64,000 bases of DNA from Desulfosoma sp. (GCA_037481835.1 JBBFKW010000004.1:14569-78568), one strand, 5' to 3'. Shown: positions 27,831 to 38,025, numbered from the stretch's first letter. The notes: generated from the sequence alone by a model not told the origin. Made by a program: numbers and translations.

Positions 27831-29744
27831 TTACACATCCAGGTTGATGACCGGGACCTTCTTCATGGTCCATTCGCCCGTCGCCGGATTCCAGACGGAA
27901 TTGACGAAGACGTGCCAATTCTTCTCGTCCATATCCGGGAAGTCGGCGCGGAAGTAGTAGCCCGGCCAACGGCTTTCTTCGCGGAACAGCACGTGGCGCA
28001 GGTGGCTTTCGGCGATCCACATGCGCTGCACGTTTTCCCAGCACCTCATGAGTTCATGCAGGTTCTCGGCGGCCAGCTTTTCGGAGTCTTCCTTGAGCAT
28101 GGTCAAGAGCTCGAGGCCGCGTTCCAGAAGATGTTTGTTCGTGGTGAACTGGGCCGAGACGCCGGCGCAGTATTCATCCATGATCTTCTGGAGGCGGAAC
28201 ATGAACATCTTGGGCTTGATGAAGTTCGGGTTGATGTCCGGATCGCTGGACATGGGCGCGAATTCTTCGAACCGGGCCAACGGGGCCAGGATCTTGTCGC
28301 GCAGCGCGGCCACCTGGGCTTCATCGACCTTCGGGGCTTCGTTGTGGTCCAGGATGTAGGCGATGGCGCCCTTGGCGGCGATACGGCCTTCGGCGTGGGA
28401 GCCGGAGGAGAACTTGTGCGAGGAGGCGCCCGCACCGTCACCCGCCGTGAACAGCGCCGGAACCGTCGTCATGTGGTTGTAGACGCCGATGGGTTCCCAT
28501 TGCTTGCGGTATTCCGCCGGCATCAGGTCTTCCGGACCGCACACCCAGGCCCCGGAAGCGCCGGAGTGGGAGCCGATGAAGTACGGCTCGGCGGCGGCGA
28601 TTTCCGAAGGCTTTTCTTCGGGCTGGATGTTCATGCCGGCCCACAGGATGGCCTGGCTGATGGTCATGTCAAGGAAGTCTTCCCACGCCTCGGCTTCCAA
28701 TTCCTTCATTTTCTTCTTGAAGGCCTTGGGATCGTCTTTGTACTTGGCGGCCAGGTTGGCGATGGCCTCTTCCGTCCTCATGTAGATGGGACCCTTGCCG
28801 GCCATGACGTCTTCCATGCCGAGCCAGTTACGCAGGTTGGCCGGGATGGGCTTACCCGTGCCGTACGGAGCCCACTTGGGCAGCTCGTTGGCTCGGGTGA
28901 CCATGTATTCTTCGCCCAGGGCGTTGGTGGCGCGGGACTTGAACAGCAAGAACCACGCACCCACAGGGCCGTAACCGTCTTTAAAGCGCACCGGGATGAA
29001 GCGCACTTCCTGGCAGGTCATTTCCGCACCGGCGCGAATGGTGAAATAGGCGGTGGAGCCGCTGTTCCACGGCGGATACCACGCGCGGCCCAAGCCTTCA
29101 CCCACGGAGCGCGGACGGAACACGTGCACCGCGCCGCCCATGCAGGCGATGGTGGCCTTGGCCGTAAAAACATAGAACTTATTCTCGCGGACGCTGAAGC
29201 CCACGGCGCCAACGCACTTGCCGTTGTTCAAGAGCGGTTCCACGATGAAGACGCGCTCAAACAGCTGGCCCTTGTCGCCCATGGTGGCCAGAGCGTTCTT
29301 GGCGGCTTCGGCCACGACGACCTTGTAGGACTCGCCGTTGATCATGATCTGCCAACGGCCTTCATGGACGTACTCGCCGCTTTCATCTTTCCAAATGGGA
29401 AGTCCCCATTTTTCGAAAAGATGGACGGAACTGTCCACGTGACGGGCGATGTCGTAGACCAGGTCTTCACGGGAGATGCCCATGAGGTCCTGACGGACAT
29501 ATTTCACGTAATCTTCCACGGTGTTTTGGCCTTTGCCGTAACCAATGTACTGGTTGATGGCGGAAAGACCCATGGCCACGGCGCCCGAACGATCCATGGC
29601 GGCCTTGTCCACGACCGTGACCTTCAAGCCGTATTTCTTGGCCCAGTAGGACGCCTCAAAGGTGGCGCCGCAGGCGGACATACCACCGCCCAGAATCAGA
29701 AGATCGGTGTCAACGCGTACGGTTTCGAAATCGGAAGGCTTCAT
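27831..29744 (-). CDS. aprA: Adenylylsulfate reductase alpha subunit
   Basis: RSGAVAMGLSAIN, WQIMINGESYK, RFKDGYGPVGAWFL, HKFSSGSHAEGR. Confidence 0.98.
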   Translation of the reverse strand: MKPSDFETVRVDTDLLILGGGMSACGATFEASYWAKKYGLKVTVVDKAAMDRSGAVAMGLSAINQYIGYGKGQNTVEDYVKYVRQDLMGISREDLVYDIARHVDSSVHLFEKWGLPIWKDESGEYVHEGRWQIMINGESYKVVVAEAAKNALATMGDKGQLFERVFIVEPLLNNGKCVGAVGFSVRENKFYVFTAKATIACMGGAVHVFRPRSVGEGLGRAWYPPWNSGSTAYFTIRAGAEMTCQEVRFIPVRFKDGYGPVGAWFLLFKSRATNALGEEYMVTRANELPKWAPYGTGKPIPANLRNWLGMEDVMAGKGPIYMRTEEAIANLAAKYKDDPKAFKKKMKELEAEAWEDFLDMTISQAILWAGMNIQPEEKPSEIAAAEPYFIGSHSGASGAWVCGPEDLMPAEYRKQWEPIGVYNHMTTVPALFTAGDGAGASSHKFSSGSHAEGRIAAKGAIAYILDHNEAPKVDEAQVAALRDKILAPLARFEEFAPMSSDPDINPNFIKPKMFMFRLQKIMDEYCAGVSAQFTTNKHLLERGLELLTMLKEDSEKLAAENLHELMRCWENVQRMWIAESHLRHVLFREESRWPGYYFRADFPDMDEKNWHVFVNSVWNPATGEWTMKKVPVINLDV

Positions 29745-29762
29745 GTGTTCACCTCCTTAGGG

Positions 29763-30209
29763 TTACTTCTTCAGGGTGGGAAGTTGCGCCGCCAAGGTGG
29801 AAGCCGGTTCCGTGCAGAGCACAGGGCTCTTAATGTCGTCGGAACCCGTCTGCCACTCATCGGGCCACGGCTTGGCCTGGCCTTCCGGAGTCGTCCGGAT
29901 GGGGAACTTGAAGCGCTTGACTTGGCCGTTGCGGAACTTCACGGTCCACATGATGTCTTCGGAGCCCCGAAGCGGCACAACCGAGGCGCCCATGGGAACG
30001 AAGTCGGCATAACCGCGGACATCCACCGCCTGCTGCGGGCAGATCTTCACGCAGTTATAGCATTCCCAGCACATTTCCGGAGCCCGGTTGTAGGCCTTCA
30101 TCTTTTCCTTGTCCAGGACCATGAGGTCGTTGGGGCAGATGTACATGCACGCGGTCTTGTCCTGCCCCTTGCAGCCGTCGCATTTCTCGAGGATGACGTA
30201 ACTAGGCAT
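29763..30209 (-). CDS. aprB: Adenylylsulfate reductase beta subunit
   Basis: CDGCKGQDKTACMYICPNDLM, CWECYNCVKICP, KRFKFPIRTT. Confidence 0.98.
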   Translation of the reverse strand: MPSYVILEKCDGCKGQDKTACMYICPNDLMVLDKEKMKAYNRAPEMCWECYNCVKICPQQAVDVRGYADFVPMGASVVPLRGSEDIMWTVKFRNGQVKRFKFPIRTTPEGQAKPWPDEWQTGSDDIKSPVLCTEPASTLAAQLPTLKK

Positions 30210-30375
30210 CTTTTCACCTCCTAAAGGTTATCACGGAACCACTGACCACTGCGAACCCTCCTTCAAGAGTCCGCCCCAAAGAAACAGCCGTTGCACCTCC
30301 TTTCCTTGGATGCAAACACCCCGTTTCCCCTGTGGGAAGAGCCCCCAAAAGGCTCCCCCACGAAACTGCGGTACG

Positions 30376-31611
30376 CTATTTCTTGGCCGGAGCGTCCCCT
30401 GTGGCCGCTCCGTGAAGTTTAATTTCCACCTTTTCTTCCAAGCTCGCGTAGTATTCTTTAAGAATTTCCAAGACTTCCGGCCGCGAAAAGTGCGGATCGA
30501 GCTCCCCGCCCTCCGACAAGGTCTTGCGGACCATGGTGCCGGAGAGAATCAACCGGTCGGCCTTGCCGTGCGGACAGGTCCTCATGGAAGCCATGCCGTC
30601 GCACTTGAAGCACCAGAATGTCCAGTCGATCTTAAGCGGCTTGGTGATGAGGGCGTCTTTCGGGATTTCATCGAAGATCTTCTGAGCGTCAAACGGACCG
30701 TAATAGTCGCCCACCCCGGCATGGTCGCGGCCGACGATGAGGTGGCTGCAGCCGTAGTTTTGACGGAACACGGCATGGAGCAACGCTTCGCGAGGTCCGC
30801 CGTAACGCATTTCCGCCGGATAGCCGCCCACGACGATGGTGTCTTTGACAAAGTAGTTGTCCACCAGAGCGTCGATGGCTTTCTTGCGCACGTCGGCGGG
30901 GATGTCGCCGGCCTTGAGCTTGCCCAGCAACTGGTGGATGTAGACGCCGTCCATGACTTCCACGGCGATCTTGCAGAGATACTCATGGCTGCGGTGCATG
31001 GGGTTGCGGGTCTGGAAAGCCGCGACTTGGGACCAGCCTTTTTCGTCAAAAATCTTGCGGGCTAAGGCCGGCGTCTGATAGGTCCCCTTGAAGACTTCCG
31101 GGTAGAAGCTTTCGCTCAAAACCTTCACGGGACCGGCCAGATTGAATTCCTTCTGGGCCATGACTTTGGCCACGCCCGGGTGCCCCGCCGCATCGGTCGT
31201 CCAGAACACGGACTTGCATTCGTGTTCCTTGTCGATGGTATATTTTTCCGTCACCTTCATGGTGCCAAGGATCTGGTCGTTTTCCACATCCCACAGGGCC
31301 ACCTCTTCGTTGGGCGCCAAGCTCCCCGCCAAATCCTTGTCGGCAGACAGGGTGATGGGAATGGGCCAGAACGTCCCGTCTGCCATCTTGTACTCGTCAC
31401 AGACCCCCTTCCAGTCGTCGTAACCCATGAACCCTTCCAGGGGCGTGAAGGCACCGATGCCCAGCATGACCAGGTCCGACGCCTCGCGGCTCGTCATGGG
31501 GACCTTTTTCAGGGTCTTGGCCCTTTCCATTTCGGCCTTCCGGGCTTCACCTTCCAAGAGCAGGGGTTTGAGCTTTCTTTCTTTCCCGTGGGGAGGAACC
31601 AACTTGGACAT
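30376..31611 (-). CDS. sat: Sulfate adenylyltransferase (dissimilatory)
   Basis: [42 protein letters not shown]. Confidence 0.98.
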   Translation of the reverse strand: MSKLVPPHGKERKLKPLLLEGEARKAEMERAKTLKKVPMTSREASDLVMLGIGAFTPLEGFMGYDDWKGVCDEYKMADGTFWPIPITLSADKDLAGSLAPNEEVALWDVENDQILGTMKVTEKYTIDKEHECKSVFWTTDAAGHPGVAKVMAQKEFNLAGPVKVLSESFYPEVFKGTYQTPALARKIFDEKGWSQVAAFQTRNPMHRSHEYLCKIAVEVMDGVYIHQLLGKLKAGDIPADVRKKAIDALVDNYFVKDTIVVGGYPAEMRYGGPREALLHAVFRQNYGCSHLIVGRDHAGVGDYYGPFDAQKIFDEIPKDALITKPLKIDWTFWCFKCDGMASMRTCPHGKADRLILSGTMVRKTLSEGGELDPHFSRPEVLEILKEYYASLEEKVEIKLHGAATGDAPAKK

Positions 31612-31673
31612 AATCCATTCTCCTCGTCTCGTTGTTAGCTCTAGTAACCTTCCGCAAGAGGCGGCACTCCAGC

Positions 31674-31691
31674 TTGTGCAATCCGTATCAA
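31674..31691. promoter_or_regulatory. Rex-like operator over the predicted sat start site
   Basis: TTGTGCA-ATCC-GTATCAA, 10/14. Confidence 0.45.
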
Positions 31692-31695
31692 TGTC

Positions 31696-31723
31696 ATTAT
31701 AGAGGGCCCGGCGTCCATGTCAA
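31696..31723 (-). promoter_or_regulatory. Consensus sigma70 promoter of sat-aprBA
   Basis: Perfect TTGACA-N16-TATAAT. Confidence 0.8.
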
Positions 31724-31783
31724 GTGAAAAAAGACGCAAAGAGACACGCCGCTCTCCCCCTCTCAGGTCGCGGCCCCAGCCTC

Positions 31784-31966
31784 TTAACTTTTGGCCCCCT
31801 CTAAGGCGCCTTTAAGTTGGCTCATCTCCTTTTTGGCTTCCGCCAAGGCCTTTTCAAGCTCCATGCGCCGAGGGTGATCCAGGGGCAGGGGTGCCATTTC
31901 CTTTTCCAGATCTTCGATGCGCTTCATGCATTGGTACAGTTCGTGAGCCAGGGCTCGAATCGTCAT
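31784..31966 (-). CDS. Small coiled-coil hypothetical protein
   Basis: 60 aa helical hairpin pattern, co-oriented with neighbours. Confidence 0.65.
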   Translation of the reverse strand: MTIRALAHELYQCMKRIEDLEKEMAPLPLDHPRRMELEKALAEAKKEMSQLKGALEGAKS

Positions 31967-32012
31967 CGCATTTTCCCACCATGCCGAAAAAGTCGGGGCC
32001 TCCCCGGTTCCG

Positions 32013-33086
32013 TCATGTCCTTTTATTCATAAACTTTTCGTAGGCCAAAAGGAAAGTCTCCACAGCGGCGGGCGGGAGCCTCAGCTGATAGCCCGTTCCC
32101 CTTGGGATCTGTCCCCGCCGCAAGGCCGGGTTCAACCTCTTGAGGTCCTCCAGGGGGACGCCCGTCCACTGGGACGCTTGGCTGAGCGTCAAAGGACGAT
32201 GGACCCACACGGTCGTAAAAGCCCACAGGGGGGAATAGGTCGGCTTCTGGATGCCGTATTCCTGCAGGTTTCGAAGCACTTCCACGGCCGCCAGCACCTT
32301 GGGCACGAACCGGCGGGTCTGTTGGGGCAACGCCCCCTTTTTCCACAGGACCCAAAAGTCGCTGGTGCGACACCGACCCATGGCCTCCTTGACCACCCCA
32401 TCTCCTGCATTGTACGCCGCCAGGGCCAGTTCCCAGGACCCGAACTGTTCGTAGAGATCCAAGAGATAAACGGTTGCGGCCCGGGTGGATTTAATGGGGT
32501 CGAACCGCTCGTCCACATAGCCGTCCACCCGCAAGCCCAAAGACCGTGCCGTCTTAGGCATGAGCTGCCAGAACCCGGCGGCTCCCGCCCCGGAACTGGC
32601 ATGGCCGCGAAATCGGCTTTCCACAAAAACGACGGCAACCAAATCCGACGGAGCGCCCAAGATATCGAGGATTTCCTTCATTACGGGGAGGTAGATCCAT
32701 GCCCGGTCCAACATCTCCTGGAAGCCTTCAAGATCCTTAACGGCGTATTCGTGAACCTGCTTTGTGATGCTGGGGTGGGATGGAAAGGAGATGAAGCGCT
32801 CTTGAGGACGACCTCCCGGGGAGGGGATTGGGCCCGGGTAGGACGGCGACGCCCCGGATGTGACGGGGACCGCCGCCAGGAACGAGCCGGATGACGCACG
32901 GCCGACTGTGTGGTTCGCCCCGAGAAGCTGCTCAAGGGGATCGACCGAGGCGGCGAACGCCTCCGAAAGTCCCGCGAGGGAAAAGCTCATGAAGGCCAAG
33001 AGCAGAATGTAACGTGAGAAAGATCCGATCGCCCTAGCGCGCTCTTCCTGTGGCCGGATAACCCGATGCCTGAGGATAGCCGCCAT
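32013..33086 (-). CDS. Lytic transglycosylase (MltD-like SLT with LysM-like tail)
   Basis: VES, AAGFWQLMP.TA, DERFDP.KST.AA, LAAYNAG, LKRLNP; AAGGAG RBS. Confidence 0.9.
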   Translation of the reverse strand: MAAILRHRVIRPQEERARAIGSFSRYILLLAFMSFSLAGLSEAFAASVDPLEQLLGANHTVGRASSGSFLAAVPVTSGASPSYPGPIPSPGGRPQERFISFPSHPSITKQVHEYAVKDLEGFQEMLDRAWIYLPVMKEILDILGAPSDLVAVVFVESRFRGHASSGAGAAGFWQLMPKTARSLGLRVDGYVDERFDPIKSTRAATVYLLDLYEQFGSWELALAAYNAGDGVVKEAMGRCRTSDFWVLWKKGALPQQTRRFVPKVLAAVEVLRNLQEYGIQKPTYSPLWAFTTVWVHRPLTLSQASQWTGVPLEDLKRLNPALRRGQIPRGTGYQLRLPPAAVETFLLAYEKFMNKRT

Positions 33087-33440
33087 GCTCACTCCTTGTT
33101 AAAGATCCACCAAGGGGGCCCCTAGGGAGCGGCCCGTGGTTTCCTGGACTCCTTTAGCCGCCGACCTACGCTGCTGGCAAATCGTGGAAAGGGGCGTTTC
33201 GCGCCTTTTGAGCCCGTATTCACGGATTCCGCCCCCCTCTCGGATCAGGGCGATCCCCTGTGTTTTTCCCTCATGAAGGCGGATTCACTCTTTCACCCGT
33301 TCTGACGGATCCTCCCCTTTTCGGACAAAAACTTTTTTTCACTCGCCTTGGCCCTGCGATTTCTTGTATAGAGGGCCGCTTTCTGGCACCATTTTTGATC
33401 ATGACAGACGGCCTGTCGGGCGAATCGAAGGATGGGGTTT

Positions 33441-34793
33441 ATGAAGGATAAGAGAGAGAGGGCCGCGGTGGTGAGCCTCGGCTGCGCCAAGAACCTGGTA
33501 GACAGCGAGGTACTGGCACACCAGATAAGCTTTCTAGGCTATGAACTGACCGACGATGCCTCCCAAGCCAGTCTCGTTGTGGTGAATACCTGCGGCTTTT
33601 TGGAATCGGCGGTGGAAGAAGCCGTGGAGCGGATCCTGGATCTGGCCCGCTTCAAGGAAGAAGGCTCTTGCACCCACCTGGTTGTGGCGGGGTGCATGGT
33701 GCAGCGCTACGGTCGCAAATTGATTTCCCTCCTGCCGGAAGTGGATCTTTTTCTCGGCACGTCCCAGTACGATCGCTTTGCGGCCCTTTTCCAGGAATTC
33801 CGTGAAAAGGGCTTTCCGAAAATGCATCTTTCCCGCCCTACATATCTTTATCGCGGCGGCATTTCGAGGCTTCCGTCCACACCGGCGCACTGGACCTACG
33901 TGAAGATCGCCGAAGGGTGCAGCAACCGCTGCTCTTTTTGCCTCATTCCGTCTCTGAGGGGGCCGTACCGAAGCCGTACCGTTGACGATGTTGCGGCCGA
34001 AGTGGGACGCCTTGCGGAAGCGGGAGTGGTGGAGGTCAATCTCATTGCCCAGGACACGACGGCCTTCGGCAGCGATCGCCGCGACCCGAGCGCACTGTGC
34101 CGGCTTCTGGAAGCCTTGGAAGGCGTCAAATCGCTGCGATGGGTACGGCTTCTCTATGCCTACCCCTACGGCGTCACCGACGCCCTCCTAAAGACCATGG
34201 CGTCCAGTTCCAAGGTGGTCCCTTACTTGGACATCCCCTTTCAGCACTGCGTCCCCAGAATTTTGGACGCCATGCATCGACGGGGCGGAAGTCTTCGTCC
34301 CCATGAAGTTATCGACCGCATTCGAAAGCACCTGCCCAACGCAGCACTAAGAACGTCGCTCATGGTAGGCTTTCCCGGAGAAACCGAAGAGGATTTCCGG
34401 GCGTTGTGTCGATTCGTGGAAGACGTTCGATTCGACCACATGGGGGTTTTTGCCTTTTCCCCGGAAAAGGGATGCCGGGCCGCCCGCTATCCCGATGCCG
34501 TGCCGGATGAGGTGAAAGAGGCACGCCGTGCGGCACTCATGGACCTTCAGCGTGACATCTCCCGAAGCATCCTCCGGCGCTTGGTCGGACGCGTCCTGCC
34601 CGTCCTGGTGGAAGGGGCTCACCCGGAAACGGAATTCTTGGCCGTGGGGCGCTTACCCGGGCAAGCCCCGGAAGTGGACGGCTGCGCCCTGATTGTTGAG
34701 GGAAACGCCCGTATCGGCGACATCGTCCCCGGGGAAATCCTCAAAGCCCACGACTACGACGTGGAAGTGCGTCTAAGGATGGAAAGATTTTGA
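33441..34793 (+). CDS. rimO: Ribosomal protein S12 methylthiotransferase
   Basis: SLGCAKNLVDSE, NTCGF, GCMVQRY, EGCSNRCSFC.IP, QAPEVDG TRAM domain. Confidence 0.95.
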   Translation: MKDKRERAAVVSLGCAKNLVDSEVLAHQISFLGYELTDDASQASLVVVNTCGFLESAVEEAVERILDLARFKEEGSCTHLVVAGCMVQRYGRKLISLLPEVDLFLGTSQYDRFAALFQEFREKGFPKMHLSRPTYLYRGGISRLPSTPAHWTYVKIAEGCSNRCSFCLIPSLRGPYRSRTVDDVAAEVGRLAEAGVVEVNLIAQDTTAFGSDRRDPSALCRLLEALEGVKSLRWVRLLYAYPYGVTDALLKTMASSSKVVPYLDIPFQHCVPRILDAMHRRGGSLRPHEVIDRIRKHLPNAALRTSLMVGFPGETEEDFRALCRFVEDVRFDHMGVFAFSPEKGCRAARYPDAVPDEVKEARRAALMDLQRDISRSILRRLVGRVLPVLVEGAHPETEFLAVGRLPGQAPEVDGCALIVEGNARIGDIVPGEILKAHDYDVEVRLRMERF

Positions 34794-34874
34794 CACCCTT
34801 TGTCTTTTTCGCTATGAACCGGGTCGGATTTTCCTAACCGAAAGCCCCGATGCCAGCCCGGCACGGGATTCTCC

Positions 34875-35921
34875 TTGAGGAGTAAAGCCGCCGCCGTGAC
34901 CGTGCCCGTCTCCCCCCCCTTCAGCCATCCCCCCGTAACCGGCGATGTGCTCAAAGCCCGGATTTACGCGAGCATACGCCCGGAATTGGACCGGATCGAA
35001 AAAGCCATACGGAGGCATTTAAGCTCCAGTGTTCCGCTCATCGAGGTCGTTGGGCGCTATATCATGGAAAGCGGCGGCAAACGCCTGAGGCCGCTTCTGA
35101 TGGTTCTCTCTGCCAAGCTCTGCGGCTATCGCGGCACCCGGGATGCCGATCTTTCCGTGGTTTTCGAATTTCTCCACGCGGCAACCCTTCTGCACGACGA
35201 TGTGGTGGACAATGCGGAAATTCGGCGCACAAAGCCCGCCGCCAACACCCTGTGGGGCAATCCGGCCGTCGTGCTGGTCGGGGATTTTCTCTATTCCAAA
35301 GCCATTCTCATGACTGTCTTGTACGAAAATCTCCGGATTCTCGAAGTCCTCTCGGAGACGACCACGCGCATGGCCGAGGGGGAGGTCCTTCAGCTTATCC
35401 ATTCCGATGATTTGGAAACGGATGAGCCGGCTTATATGGAGGTCATCATCCGCAAGACGGCGGTCCTCATGAGCGCGGCCTGTCAAATCGGGGCGATCTT
35501 CGCCGAGGCTCCGCCCGCTCAGGAAAACGCCCTTCGCGACTACGGCCGCCATTTGGGGATAGCTTTCCAGCTGATCGACGACGCCTTGGATTACGTGGGA
35601 ACCGTCGGGGAATTGGGAAAACCCGTGGGCAACGACCTTCAGGAGGGGAAAGCCACCCTGCCGCTCATCTACGCCATGGCCCAGGCGGACTCCGATGGCC
35701 GGGACTTGATTCGCAGGGTTTTTACCGCCGACACACAAACCCCTCAGGAGATCCAGGCCGTCCAGCGGGTGGTTCAGGAATTGGGCGGGGTGGATTACAC
35801 GGTTCGGCGCGCCGCCGAACATGTGGCCGCGGCCAAGAAGAATCTGCAAAGCTTTCCTGCGAGTCCCACCAGATCCCTTCTCGAGGATATAGCCGACTAC
35901 GTCCTGTGCCGGCGCTCCTAG
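34875..35921 (+). CDS. ispB: Polyprenyl diphosphate synthase (IspB-like)
   Basis: GGKRLRP, LHDDVVD, FQLIDDALD, GKPVGNDL.EGK.TLP; start uncertain. Confidence 0.9.
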   Translation: MRSKAAAVTVPVSPPFSHPPVTGDVLKARIYASIRPELDRIEKAIRRHLSSSVPLIEVVGRYIMESGGKRLRPLLMVLSAKLCGYRGTRDADLSVVFEFLHAATLLHDDVVDNAEIRRTKPAANTLWGNPAVVLVGDFLYSKAILMTVLYENLRILEVLSETTTRMAEGEVLQLIHSDDLETDEPAYMEVIIRKTAVLMSAACQIGAIFAEAPPAQENALRDYGRHLGIAFQLIDDALDYVGTVGELGKPVGNDLQEGKATLPLIYAMAQADSDGRDLIRRVFTADTQTPQEIQAVQRVVQELGGVDYTVRRAAEHVAAAKKNLQSFPASPTRSLLEDIADYVLCRRS

Positions 35922-36046
35922 CCCCCTTCGGCCGCCCGGTCCACAAGCGGGCCGGAGGTCGCGCTCCCAGGAAAAACATCGCCATTTTTTATTATCGGAG
36001 AAGCTCTAGGGTTTGTGAGGAGATGGGGGTCGGGGAAAAGGGGTTT

Positions 36047-36147
36047 CGTTGGGATTCGCTTCGCTCACCCCAACCTACACCTACACCTTGCCGGCCCACA
36101 TCCTTGAATAAACGCGTCGGTTGGGTTTAGCGAAGCGAACCCCAACG
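36047..36147. repeat. Inverted pair of GTAG-family REP-like palindromes
   Basis: Minus-strand GTAGGTTGGGGTGAGCGAAGCGAATCCCAACG (36047-36078) and plus-strand GTCGGTTGGGTTTAGCGAAGCGAACCCCAACG (36116-36147). Confidence 0.75.
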
Positions 36148-36495
36148 GACATTTTGTTTCGGCGGAACGACAAACCATGGAGGTCCGGCCTTCTGAGGCT
36201 CTGAACCCGACTTTCATCCAAACACGGCCGATGAGCCATTGCCGGACAAACTCCCTGAGCCTTTCGGCCCGCAACCCATGGGGCTCTCGAGCCTTCTCGA
36301 CGGCGGCGCGCCGATCCGGCCCGACGCCGTCCTTGCCAAAGGGGCCTGACGTCAGGCGTCCTGCCGGCACGCCGTCCCCCTCCATCCGCTTGCCCTCACA
36401 TGACCTGCCGTGATAAACGAAGCCCGGGTTTGCGAGCGGTACGGCTCTTTGCAGAAGGCGCGCGCCCGATAAATTACCCGGAGAAAAAGCGCTCA

Positions 36496-37209
36496 GTGAA
36501 CGAGACCGCATCTTCATGCGAAGGATCATGGTATCCGCTGTTCCTATCCCTGACCGATCGGGTGTGTCTGGTTGTGGGAGGCGGGGCCGTGGGCGAAAGA
36601 AAGGTGCGGAAACTTTTGGAGCACGGGGCCCGGGTCCGGTTGGTGGCTGAGGTGCTCAGCCCGTGGCTTGAGCAGGCGCGGCGGCGGGAAACTCTGTGCT
36701 ATCTCGGACCGGCGTACTGCAGTGACCACATGGTCGGGGTGGACCTGGTTTTTGCCGCCACCAACGACGACGCCTTGAATCGCCGGATCGCCGAGGATGC
36801 TCGCCGAAGACGCGTCTGGTGCAACATGGCCTCCTCCCCGCACTTGGGAACCTGTCTTGTGCCGGCGTCCTTTCGCCGCGGGCCTTTGACCATCGCCGTG
36901 GCCACGGAAGGGCTGAGTCCCGCCGTCGCCAGGCGGATCCGCCAAAACCTTGAGGAACAGTTCGGCCCGGAATGGGAACCCTGCTTGCGTTTTCTCGGGT
37001 TCTTGCGCCGCGAAATTCAAGATCGCACCCGGGACAGCGCCCTCAATCAGGAACTCTTTCGGGCTCTTGCGGACCTGCCGCTCACCGAGTGGATCCGGCA
37101 GGGCCGGTTTGCCGAAATGACTGACGCCGTCTGCGATCTCTGCCGGGGGATCGTGCCCCATGAGCAGGTGGCTTCCTTATGGGACAAGGCATGGAACACG
37201 TCCTGCTGA
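36496..37209 (+). CDS. Precorrin-2 dehydrogenase / sirohydrochlorin ferrochelatase (SirC/CysG N-terminal type)
   Basis: YPLFL, VGGGAVGERK, FAATND, IAVATEGLSP; start uncertain. Confidence 0.88.
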   Translation: MNETASSCEGSWYPLFLSLTDRVCLVVGGGAVGERKVRKLLEHGARVRLVAEVLSPWLEQARRRETLCYLGPAYCSDHMVGVDLVFAATNDDALNRRIAEDARRRRVWCNMASSPHLGTCLVPASFRRGPLTIAVATEGLSPAVARRIRQNLEEQFGPEWEPCLRFLGFLRREIQDRTRDSALNQELFRALADLPLTEWIRQGRFAEMTDAVCDLCRGIVPHEQVASLWDKAWNTSC

Positions 37210-38015
37210 TCCTGGCGGCATGCGTCTACTGCATCGGGTCCGTGGGCTATTTCGTTTTCCTGGTCCGCAACGAGGAAAACGTCCATCGGGCGGCATTGGG
37301 CATATTGGTGGCCGGGGCGGTTTTTCACGGCACGGCCATCGTGCTGCGCTCCGCGGCCGCGGGGCACCTGGCCGTGACCACCCTTTCGGAAGCCCTGTCG
37401 TTCTTCGCCTGGCTCATGGTCGTGGCCTATGTGCTCATCCAAAACCGCTTGCGGCTGAGGGTCCTGGGGAGCTTTGTGGCGCCCTTGGCCGCTGCGTTCA
37501 TGTTCGGTTCGGCCATCCTGCCTTCGCACATGATCCCCGCAACCCCGCTCCTCAAAAGCACCTGGGTGTGGATTCACGTCAGCACGCTCTTCGGGGCCAA
37601 CGCCCTGTTCGCGGTGGCGTGTGCCGCCGGCATTCTTTACCTCTATCAGGAACGGGCCATTAAGAGGAAAAGGCTCGGGCCCCTCTACGGTCGCCTGCCG
37701 TCTCTGGAGCGGCTGGATCGTGTCAATCACGTCTGTCTGCTCATCGGATTTCCCCTCATGACCGTGGGGCTCCTCGCCGGCTTTCTCTACGCCAGCACGG
37801 TGTGGAAATCACCGTGGAATTGGGATCCCAAGGAAATTTTCGCCCTGATCACGTGGCTCATCTACGCCGTCCTGCTGCATGAGCGCCTCGCCGTGGGCTG
37901 GCGGGGCCGAAGGGCGGCGTGGCTGGCCATTTTGGGCTTTTCCGCCGTCTTGATCACCTTTTTAGGCGTCAATCTCTTCCTAAAAGGGCATCATACCCTT
38001 TTCGTCACTCAATGA
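37191..38015 (+). CDS. ccsA: Cytochrome c biogenesis CcsA/HemX-family membrane protein
   Basis: About 8 TM helices, conserved His (WIH), WNWDPKE. Confidence 0.85.
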   Translation: MEHVLLILAACVYCIGSVGYFVFLVRNEENVHRAALGILVAGAVFHGTAIVLRSAAAGHLAVTTLSEALSFFAWLMVVAYVLIQNRLRLRVLGSFVAPLAAAFMFGSAILPSHMIPATPLLKSTWVWIHVSTLFGANALFAVACAAGILYLYQERAIKRKRLGPLYGRLPSLERLDRVNHVCLLIGFPLMTVGLLAGFLYASTVWKSPWNWDPKEIFALITWLIYAVLLHERLAVGWRGRRAAWLAILGFSAVLITFLGVNLFLKGHHTLFVTQ

Positions 38016-38025
38016 GGATGCGGCG

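Noticed and set aside
27813..30224. 803-aa plus-strand ORF
   Set aside because: Antisense shadow of aprAB from biased codon usage; no motifs
33384..33398. Sigma54-like TGGCAC-N5-TTGA before rimO
   Set aside because: The -12 position is GA rather than the required GC
36047..36147. REP pair read as a mini-CRISPR (32-nt repeats, 37-nt spacer)
   Set aside because: The copies are inverted rather than direct, there are only two, and no cas gene is present
36150..36495. Short ORFs in the ispB-sirC gap
   Set aside because: Low-complexity Pro/Arg/Ser content and no recognisable motifs
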